64,000 nt of DNA. Source: Candidatus Vogelbacteria bacterium (lineage in GTDB: Bacteria > Patescibacteriota > Minisyncoccia > Phycocordibacterales > XYD1-FULL-46-19). The notes below the pieces were generated by a model that was not told where the DNA came from, did no database searches, and saw nothing but the letters and a program-made list of their open reading frames with translations. This document shows, one piece after another, positions 1-6,386 of the stretch (the stretch's first letter is position 1; every line of letters begins with the position of its first letter). Where the stretch lies: assembly GCA_903864935.1 (NCBI GenBank), contig CAIPHT010000005.1, forward strand, positions 9,867 to 73,866. The letters are read 5' to 3'. The translations under genes were made by a program, and so were the position numbers.

Positions 1-758
1 ACAGATGATCCTGAGATATCTATCGAGGGATAGCATCGGTGCCCTGGAGGAAAGAAATGCTCTTCTTTAGCAGGTGCCGCTAGACCAACCAGATAGCCGT
101 ATTCCTTGAGAAATCCCTTTCCTTTCCTTGCCCTGGAACATACTTCCGCATGGAAGCTGTGCAAAAGCTCGTCGGATTTCCTTATCGCCGAAGCAAAAGA
201 GAGAACGTCTTGCCGGTTGGCATGACGACTAGACTTCTCGATTACTCCTCTGTCTCTTGCTATCTCCACAAGGCTGAGCGCAGAGAGGTCGTCGATCAGG
301 CATGTTCGGAAGCGAATAATCTGGAATCTCCGCCTGGTCGGCCTCACTTTCTTCATCAGGCTCTCTCTGGCATTGTTTTTGGAGCCAATCGTGGAAAAGA
401 AAATCCACAAAGTCAGCAACCAGATGTAAGCCTTTGACCCCTTTGGCGGGCAATCGAGATCAATCACACTTGATACCGCAGCCTCGTCGGCCATTTTTTC
501 TGCCCAAGTCCGGCGGTCTTTCTTGGGCGGGGCGACAGTCTTTTCTTGGACTTTCTTCATTGTCATATTCCTTTCTTTGCTTACCCCAAGAGGGGAGCGG
601 TTTTCAATGTTTCTGGTCGAATTATGTAACGGCAAATCAAATATGTAAAGTAGCTTCGTCAGAATTGACGAAAAGATGTTAAAGGTGGTAAAATATGTGT
701 GTAAAACAAGGTTAGATTTATCAATAAATGACTAAAGTTATTTCGTCACTTTTATAAA

Positions 759-1502
759 ATGAGCTTCGATCGATTATTAAAACAACTCGGTTTCTCACAA
801 AATGAGACAAAGGTTTATCTGGCTGGCCTAGAGTGTGGGCTGAGTTCAGCTCAAAATATTGCCGAGAAGGCGGGCCTTGAACGCACCACAACCTACTCGG
901 TCCTTGGGCAATTGGTTAAGAGGGGAGTTGTGGCTAAGACTAAAGATAAGGGGAAGAGCCGTTTCTTAGCGGAATCACCCAGTAAATTGATGTCTTTACT
1001 TAATGAGCTTAAAGAGAATTTGAGTAAGACCTTGCCTGAGTTAGAGGCTATTTATAATAAGAGCCAAATTAAACCCAAAATTATTTTCTATGAAGGGGAT
1101 CGGGCGATTCAGAAAGTTTATGACGATACTTTAGCGGAGAAGCCTGAAGAGATTTTGGAATGGAACACTAATGCCTTCTTTGACAATGCTAAAGTAGATC
1201 GAGACTACATTAAGAAGCGGGTGGGCCTTGGCATCTATGCCAGGCGTCTGGCTGGTGAGGGCTCAATCTGGGCCAAGAAGAATAAACTAAAAGACGAACA
1301 GGAGCTGGCCGAGACACTAATTGTGCCTAAAAACATTTTCTGGCCGGGGATTGAAGTTAATATTTACAACAATAAAGTGGCTTTTCTTAACTATGAAGAA
1401 AATATGTCGGTAATTATTGAGAGTAAGGCAATTGCCGATGCGATGAAACAAGTTTATCGCTTGTCCTGGCTTGGGGCGCGAACCGTAGAGGCTAAAAAAT
1501 AA
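759..1502 (+). CDS. TrmB-family HTH transcriptional regulator (paralog 1 of 3)
   Basis: N-terminal wHTH resembling the TrmB family (LGFSQNETKVYLAGLE...AQNIAEKAGLERTTTYSVLGQLVKRGVV). Length ~250 aa is typical. Two paralogs with the same architecture lie at 10972 and 21461. Confidence 0.72.
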   Translation: MSFDRLLKQLGFSQNETKVYLAGLECGLSSAQNIAEKAGLERTTTYSVLGQLVKRGVVAKTKDKGKSRFLAESPSKLMSLLNELKENLSKTLPELEAIYNKSQIKPKIIFYEGDRAIQKVYDDTLAEKPEEILEWNTNAFFDNAKVDRDYIKKRVGLGIYARRLAGEGSIWAKKNKLKDEQELAETLIVPKNIFWPGIEVNIYNNKVAFLNYEENMSVIIESKAIADAMKQVYRLSWLGARTVEAKK

Positions 1503-1602
1503 GGGCCGAATTAAGTCTTGGCGAAGCAGGGGATTATGTGCTAAGATATTCTTGCTGAAACAGGTTGAAAAACGCTTTTTCAGATTCAAGTTCAATTTCT
1601 AA

Positions 1603-1674
1603 CGGGGTGTAGTGCAACGGCTAGCACGAGTCCTTTGGGAGGATTTAATCCGAGTTCGAATCTCGGCACCCCGA
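1603..1674 (+). tRNA. tRNA-Pro(TGG)
   Basis: Cloverleaf read by eye: acceptor CGGGGTG/CACCCCG, D-arm GTGC..GCAC, anticodon stem AGTCC/GGATT with loop TTTGGGA (anticodon TGG), T-arm CCGAG-TTCGAAT-CTCGG, discriminator A. Confidence 0.85.
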
Positions 1675-1683
1675 CACAAAAGA

Positions 1684-1712
1684 AAAAACAGGATTTATTT
1701 CCTGTTTTTTCT
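1684..1712 (+). terminator. Rho-independent terminator hairpin (AACAGG-atttattt-CCTGTT + T-tract) after tRNA-Pro
   Basis: Stem-loop followed by TTTTTT directly after the tRNA. It sits at the centre of a ~30-nt-arm inverted repeat formed by the tRNA 3' half and its downstream antisense copy. Confidence 0.6.
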
Positions 1713-1767
1713 TTTGTGTCGCGAGATTCGAACTGAAGAGGGGGTCGGGGAGAGGGTAGGGTTTCTC

Positions 1768-1796
1768 TTGACTTCTAAACCAATATTTGCTATAAT
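1768..1796 (+). promoter_or_regulatory. sigma70-type promoter TTGACT-N17-(tgc)TATAAT upstream of the DEAD-box helicase leader
   Basis: TTGACT at 1768-1773, 17-nt spacer ending in TGC (extended -10), TATAAT at 1791-1796. About 180 nt of leader with a stem-loop (1851-1884) precedes the ATG at 1978. Confidence 0.55.
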
Positions 1797-1977
1797 TTAA
1801 GTATCGATTAACTGTTCTAAGAAGTCTGACTTAACACTCATATATTCTCAAGGGCTGTTTCGAAAAATGCGTTACAGCCCTTTTCTGTATTCGCGAACCC
1901 TGCTAAGCCTAAAGCTAGACAGGATTGTGATTATTCGTAATGTATCCCAAAAAAACGGGGTATTTAGATAAATAATA

Positions 1978-3252
1978 ATGTATAACTTTAATAACAATAA
2001 GCGTTTTGGTGCTAAGAAACCCCTCTCAAGCAGGGGAGCTCCTTCGCGTCTCGGCTCTCGCGTGATGGGCCGTTCTTCGAGTGCCTCACGACCTTCTCGT
2101 TTCTCTAGTTCCTCGCGCCCTACTTTTAAGAAAAAGATGCGTGGTGAGTATATTGATATCGCCCGCTTCGTTAAGAAAGCGGTGGTTGGTGTTGTCTCCG
2201 AACCGGTAGTCATCGAGCACGTTTTTGCCGACTTCGGCTTCACTCCTCAATTGCAGAAGAATCTTGAAACAAGAAATTATCTTAATCCGACCCCGATTCA
2301 GGATCAGTCTATTAAGCATACTATGGCCGGCAAGGATATGATTGGTCTCGCTAATACTGGTACCGGTAAGACCGCGGCCTTTCTTCTCCCGATGATTAAC
2401 AAATGTTTCCTTGATAAGCAACAGGGTGTCTTGATTGTGGCTCCAACTCGTGAGCTCGCCATCCAGATTGACGATGAATTTAAGAAATTTACCGGTGGTT
2501 TAGGCCTCTTCTCAGCAGTATGCGTTGGTGGTGCACCTATCTATAGACAAATTGCTGACCTTCGTCGTAATCCAAACTTCGTTATTGGTACCCCAGGGCG
2601 CCTTAAGGATCTTAAGGATAGGGGAGTGATCCACTTTGCTGATTATCAAAATATCGTCTTGGATGAGATCGACCGCATGCTCGACATGGGCTTCGTGGAG
2701 GAAATTCGTCGTATCTTGGCGGAGATGCCTAAAGAGCGACAATCCCTCTTCTTCTCCGCTACCCTGCCTCCTAAGATTAGAGAATTATCCCAAGCCTTCT
2801 TGACCGACCCCGTGGTTGTCAAAGTGACAACGGGCGAGACTTCGGAGAATGTTGATCAAGATATTGTTAAGCATAATAAAGAAAATAAATTTGAGAAATT
2901 GCGTGACTTGCTCGGGACTAAGGCTCTTGGCAAAGTCCTTATCTTCTCCGAGACCAAGAGGGAGGTGGATCGCTTGGCGGTGAGCCTCTCTAAAGAAGGC
3001 TTTAAGGCTGACTCTATCCATGGTGATAAGCATCAGAGCCAGCGTGAGAAAGCTCTTCGTCGCTTCAAAGAAGATCATGTGAATATCCTTGTGGCGACTG
3101 ATGTTGCCGCTCGTGGCCTAGATATCAAGAACATCACTCACGTGATCAACTATTCCTTACCTCAAACTTATACTGATTATGTCCACCGCATTGGCCGTAC
3201 TGGTCGTGGTGACACTAAGGGCTGTGCCTTGACCTTTGTTGAGGTGAATTAA
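1978..3252 (+). CDS. DEAD-box ATP-dependent RNA helicase
   Basis: Q-motif (TPIQ), motif I AxTGTGKT, motif II DEID, SAT, and HRIGRTGR motif VI. Arg/Ser-rich N-terminal tail. Confidence 0.9.
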   Translation: MYNFNNNKRFGAKKPLSSRGAPSRLGSRVMGRSSSASRPSRFSSSSRPTFKKKMRGEYIDIARFVKKAVVGVVSEPVVIEHVFADFGFTPQLQKNLETRNYLNPTPIQDQSIKHTMAGKDMIGLANTGTGKTAAFLLPMINKCFLDKQQGVLIVAPTRELAIQIDDEFKKFTGGLGLFSAVCVGGAPIYRQIADLRRNPNFVIGTPGRLKDLKDRGVIHFADYQNIVLDEIDRMLDMGFVEEIRRILAEMPKERQSLFFSATLPPKIRELSQAFLTDPVVVKVTTGETSENVDQDIVKHNKENKFEKLRDLLGTKALGKVLIFSETKREVDRLAVSLSKEGFKADSIHGDKHQSQREKALRRFKEDHVNILVATDVAARGLDIKNITHVINYSLPQTYTDYVHRIGRTGRGDTKGCALTFVEVN

Positions 3253-3273
3253 AAAAAAGATTATACTCTTGGT

Positions 3274-3978
3274 GTGCCTCAGGAAGGTAAGCCATTTTTA
3301 AGCGATAATATTCATCTTGCTAATTTTGCCGAGGGTAAGGGCGATTTTGTTACCGTTAAGGAATTAAAGAATAAAATTGCTGATCCAAGTTTGGGTGGTG
3401 AAGGGAAGTTTGTTTTAAAAGAATATAATAAGGATCCTGTTAGCGACCTTTTTGCCCAGAAAAATCTTACGTTAGAAAAAATGGCCTCTTTATTAAAAAG
3501 ACGGCAAGAATTTACCCGGGCTTACTATAAGGAACTTCCTGAGTTGGTCGTGGAAAGCCAGTTTTTGATTGCTGAAGGAGAAAATGGTCAACCGACAATC
3601 TATGAATTTCAGGAGAAATTAAATAATTTCCACGAAACTAGTTCCGAGGGGATTGATAATATTGTAAAAAGTTTGGATCACGAGCAAAAAGAGGTTTTGA
3701 TAAAAGAGCTTAGGTATTTTGTAGAGAGGACAAACGATTTTATTGAACAAAAGAATTTGCCTGAAGGTTTTGAAGAATACGAATCTTTTTTTCCTGATCT
3801 CGGTGAACAAAATTTAGTTGTCACCGCTGATGGTCATTTAAGGGTTATTGATACTAACATGTACCATAATCTTTGGGAACAGGACGGTACTTTTGAATCA
3901 AGCGAGCAACTTCTTTTTGGTTTGCGCATGATGACAAGGGAATTGGTTTTATCTATCAAAAAATCCCAAAAAGACTAG
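3274..3978 (+). CDS. hypothetical protein (GTG start), co-directional with the helicase
   Basis: Long ORF 20 nt after the helicase stop. No motif recognised; a ...TADGHLRVIDTN... segment is vaguely kinase-like. Confidence 0.45.
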   Translation: MPQEGKPFLSDNIHLANFAEGKGDFVTVKELKNKIADPSLGGEGKFVLKEYNKDPVSDLFAQKNLTLEKMASLLKRRQEFTRAYYKELPELVVESQFLIAEGENGQPTIYEFQEKLNNFHETSSEGIDNIVKSLDHEQKEVLIKELRYFVERTNDFIEQKNLPEGFEEYESFFPDLGEQNLVVTADGHLRVIDTNMYHNLWEQDGTFESSEQLLFGLRMMTRELVLSIKKSQKD

Positions 3979-4008
3979 ACGTTTTTGTCCCCGGTCTTTT
4001 TTTATGTC

Positions 4009-4036
4009 TTGACATTGTGCGTACATTGTATATACT
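4009..4036 (+). promoter_or_regulatory. promoter TTGACA-N16-TATACT for the dinJ-yafQ module, overlapping a GTACA..TATAC palindrome (likely operator)
   Basis: Consensus -35 and -10 hexamers 10 nt upstream of the antitoxin ATG. Confidence 0.5.
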
Positions 4037-4045
4037 TAAGACATT

Positions 4046-4294
4046 ATGACGACTCTAAATATAAGGATTGAGGAGAAAGCTAAAGCTGATGCCAATAAGA
4101 CCCTGGCTCGTCTTGGCCTTGATATGTCGAGTGCCGTGAAGCTTTTTCTCTATCAAGTGGTAAAGGAGGATGGCTTACCTTTCTTGCCGACCAACAATCT
4201 CTCTACTATCAAAGCGCGTTTTGATGCCCAGGTGTCTGAGGCAAAGAAAAGCCGTGGGTTTAAAACTGCTAAACAAGCTCTTAAGGGACTATAG
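4046..4294 (+). CDS. dinJ: type II antitoxin, DinJ/RelB family
   Basis: MTTLNIRIEEKAKADANKTLARLGLDMSSAVKLFLYQVV is a ribbon-helix-helix antitoxin signature. It is immediately followed by a YafQ-like ORF. Confidence 0.75.
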   Translation: MTTLNIRIEEKAKADANKTLARLGLDMSSAVKLFLYQVVKEDGLPFLPTNNLSTIKARFDAQVSEAKKSRGFKTAKQALKGL

Positions 4295-4300
4295 TTAATT

Positions 4301-4588
4301 ATGACTTTTCTCATTAAACGAACTAAGGATTTTGAGAAGTCTTTCAAAAAAATTAGCCGTTCTGGTTTGAATTTAAAAACAAGAGAGAAATTAGAATTTA
4401 TTATTGATGCTATTGCTTGCGAGAGAAGATTAGACATAAAGTAAAAGAATCATAGATTAAAAGGGGAATTAAAAGATTACTACGAATGTCATGTTGTCCC
4501 AGATCTTTTGCTTATTTACAAAATAGAAGAGGAAGTAAATTTCTTGATTTTGGTGGATATAGGAAGCCATAATCAATTGTTTGGGTAG
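4301..4588 (+). pseudogene. yafQ: YafQ/RelE-family toxin gene interrupted by an in-frame TAA (4442-4444)
   Basis: N part MTFLIKRTKDFEKSFKKISRSGLNLKTREKLEFIIDAIACERRLDIK, then a stop, then in the same frame KNHRLKGELKDYYECHVVPDLLLIYKIEEEVNFLILVDIGSHNQLFG. Together these match the YafQ consensus (...GxxKGxRECHIxPDxLLIYK...). The catalytic C-terminal half lies after the stop. Confidence 0.65.
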
Positions 4589-4635
4589 CCTTTTGTCCCA
4601 GGTCTTTTTTTGTGTTAAGTTGTATTTGTTAATTT

Positions 4636-4825
4636 CGGAGTGTAGTGTAACGGTAACATCCACGACGCGCCCCCACACCTTTTTAACGGGGCATAGTGTA
4701 ACGGTAACATCCACGATTCGGGTTCGTGGGACTCTGGGTTCGAGTCCCAGTGCCCCGACAGGAACGTAAAAAAGGTGTGGGGGTGAAGGTTCGTGGGACT
4801 CAGGGTTCGAATCCCTGCACTCCGA
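4636..4825 (+). tRNA. tRNA-Pro-like gene whose anticodon loop holds a 125-nt insertion (4666-4790) containing a complete tRNA-Pro(CGG)
   Basis: 5' part CGGAGTG-TA-GTGTAACGGTAACATC-CCACGA (4636-4665) and 3' part TCGTGG-GACT-CAGGGTTCGAATCCCTG-CACTCCG-A (4791-4825). Acceptor is perfectly complementary and the D-arm is identical to the nested tRNA. The insert has 10-bp perfect inverted repeats CCCCCACACC (4670-4679) and GGTGTGGGGG (4774-4783). Uncertain whether functional, spliced or a pseudo-tRNA. Confidence 0.5.
4687..4758 (+). tRNA. tRNA-Pro(CGG), nested inside the outer tRNA-Pro-like gene
   Basis: Acceptor CGGGGCA/TGCCCCG, anticodon stem CCACGA/TCGTGG, loop TTCGGGT (anticodon CGG), T-arm CTGGG-TTCGAGT-CCCAG, discriminator A. 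Confidence 0.8.
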
Positions 4826-4840
4826 CAAAGCGAAGCATTT

Positions 4841-5016
4841 GGCGGAGTGAGCGAGCCAACTGCTTGGCTTGCGTCTGGGATTCGAACAGCGGAGTGATAT
4901 TTTTTCAGCAGAAAAAATTAGCGAGCTGGTGCCTAGACAAAGTTTTGCGACGGCAAAACTTTAGTCGAAGGAGAATCCCTGCACCGTAGTAGTGATATTT
5001 CCTGCACTCCGACAAA
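4841..5016 (+). repeat. tRNA-flank mimic element copy B (~175 nt), immediately 3' of the outer tRNA-Pro-like gene
   Basis: Homologous to the minus-strand segment 9201-9354. It starts with a GGCGGAGTG acceptor-like 5' end and contains three hairpins: GCGAGCCAA-ctgc-TTGGCTTGC; TTTTTTC-agca-GAAAAAA; AAAGTTTTG-cgacggc-CAAAACTTT. It ends with GAATCCCTGCAC...TCCGACAAA, a direct repeat of the tRNA 3' end plus 4 nt of flank. Confidence 0.5.
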
Positions 5017-5091
5017 TTTCTTTACTTTTTCTCTCTTGTCGTTGATAATTGGGTGGGTTTTTGGGTCTCTATCAACAACAGGAGTTTTCTT

Positions 5092-5541
5092 ATGAATAAC
5101 ACGTCCGTTGCTATTGCGAGCGTTCAGCTTCAACGCTGGGCAACCATCCGTCTCAACCATTGCCGGTTGGAGACGGAATGGAGAGCGAGGTTTCGTTTTT
5201 CTCCCACAAGGAGAAACCTCTCTGCCCTTCCTTCGCTTACCCTTGGGGAGTATGTTATCGGTCTTGATCTCGAGGGAGGGAATTTTGACATCAGTTCAAG
5301 ACTCCCTCTTGAAGATTTTTCTCACGGGGTGGCAATCTATCTCTCGTCTCCTGATTGGGGAGAGGGCGAGGTGGATTCTGGGGCTGGGGTCTCGGGACGT
5401 TTCTTCCAAAGGTTCTATTCTTCTGAGGAAGAGAACCAGGGGCTCTCGGTCGGGGTGTTCCTTGATTTTCCTTCCCGACGAATTTGCCACTTTTTCTTCC
5501 GAGGAGAAAATGGGGGGATGGTGAGAAAAACTTTCAAGTAG
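5092..5541 (+). CDS. hypothetical protein (149 aa), or alternatively part of a structured non-coding region
   Basis: ATG with AGGAG 7 nt upstream, and a terminator right after the stop. However, three overlapping ORFs of similar length occur in different frames and strands here, and the region is rich in hairpins. Confidence 0.3.
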   Translation: MNNTSVAIASVQLQRWATIRLNHCRLETEWRARFRFSPTRRNLSALPSLTLGEYVIGLDLEGGNFDISSRLPLEDFSHGVAIYLSSPDWGEGEVDSGAGVSGRFFQRFYSSEEENQGLSVGVFLDFPSRRICHFFFRGENGGMVRKTFK

Positions 5542-5555
5542 GGTTAAGCCCCGTC

Positions 5556-5595
5556 GGCACATTGCGTGCTGGCGGGGCTTTCTTTTTCTAAACTG
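5556..5595. terminator. bidirectional intrinsic terminator (AAGCCCCGTCGGCAC...GTGCTGGCGGGGCTT + T-tract)
   Basis: Long GC stem flanked by A/T tracts on both sides, lying between convergent genes. Confidence 0.6.
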
Positions 5596-5599
5596 TTTT

Positions 5600-5926
5600 T
5601 TACTCTCTTAGAACGAGAGTCTCTTGATATTCCAAGAAGTGTTTCCAACACTCCTCAGCCGATGGTTCGTATCCGAGCTTTAGTCCGGCGTAGTAGCGGT
5701 TGAGTTCCTCTTGGCCTTGTTCGTAGGCGACCCTGAACATGGCGGCGTAACCCATGCTGATGTACCAGAAGACAACTTCGTTGTTCGTCAGTTTTCTGTC
5801 TCCCATCTCTTCGGCGAGTTTGCGATAGCGCATGGCGTCAACGTATTGGGTAATGTCCCGCTCTACCCTTTTCATTCGCTCTTCTTCGGTGAGCTCAGGA
5901 ACACCTTCGACATTTGGGTCTATCAT
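5600..5926 (-). CDS. hypothetical protein (108 aa), GC-richer than its neighbours
   Basis: RBS AAGGAG 7 nt upstream of the ATG at 5926, clean ORF, terminator downstream. No recognisable domain. Confidence 0.5.
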   Translation of the reverse strand: MIDPNVEGVPELTEEERMKRVERDITQYVDAMRYRKLAEEMGDRKLTNNEVVFWYISMGYAAMFRVAYEQGQEELNRYYAGLKLGYEPSAEECWKHFLEYQETLVLRE

Positions 5927-6066
5927 TTCGGCACTCCTTTCTTGGTTATGACTGATGAGACCAAAAATCTGCCCTTAGTCTAACACCAACCTTTAATTTA
6001 ACAAGCATCAAAAAACTCACCATCAATTGGCGAGTTTTTTGATTTACGAAAATTAATATCTTCTAA

Positions 6067-6321
6067 TTATTTCTTGCCCCACTTCTTCTTGTAAGCATAG
6101 AAGTAGTAGAGGATGTCCAAGATGCCCAAGGTGTTAACCAAGAGAAGCACCACGAACCAAACCTTAGCGCCACTACGAGCAGCGCGCCACATGGCCAAAC
6201 CTTTCCAAAGAAGGTTCCAGGCAATGAGGACAATTAATAAAGTGGTTAGACCAGCGGTGCTGGCGATAACCGTACCCCATGTTGATGGAGGTAACGTACC
6301 CAATTTATAAATGCTTTCCAT
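6067..6321 (-). CDS. small membrane protein with a PLDc_N-like motif (cardiolipin synthase N-terminal-like)
   Basis: Two TM helices and the motif KVWFVVLLLVNTLGILDILYYFYAYKKK, matching the PLD-nuclease N-terminal small-protein family (W..vllL....G...Y...). Confidence 0.55.
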   Translation of the reverse strand: MESIYKLGTLPPSTWGTVIASTAGLTTLLIVLIAWNLLWKGLAMWRAARSGAKVWFVVLLLVNTLGILDILYYFYAYKKKWGKK

Positions 6322-6386
6322 GTTTTGAATTATACCATATGGTTCAGAAATTTGACGAGACTTTTATCCACATCTATCATTAACTC

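Noticed and set aside
150-682. ORFs 150-437(+), 229-453(-) and 434-682(+) at the window start
   Set aside because: They overlap each other in different frames, lack RBS and motifs, and their peptides look non-proteinaceous. This is probably intergenic or degenerate sequence upstream of the first TrmB gene, or the tail of a gene truncated by the window edge, which I cannot support.
4636-4825. Interpreting the 125-nt insert in the tRNA-Pro-like gene as an archaeal BHB intron or a bacterial group I intron
   Set aside because: The locus is bacterial (bacterial-type ribosomal operons and EF-Tu). The internal loop next to the anticodon stem does not form the 3-nt bulge/4-bp helix/3-nt bulge motif. 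The insert at 125 nt is far too small for a typical group I tRNA intron and contains none of the conserved core. Precise removal leaves no anticodon loop.
4469-4989. ORFs 4469-4828(-), 4581-4769(+) and 4726-4989(+)
   Set aside because: They lie entirely over the tRNA-Pro genes and the tRNA-flank element. The shared peptide QQKLASWC with ORF 9145-9327(-) comes from the repeated element, not from a protein family.
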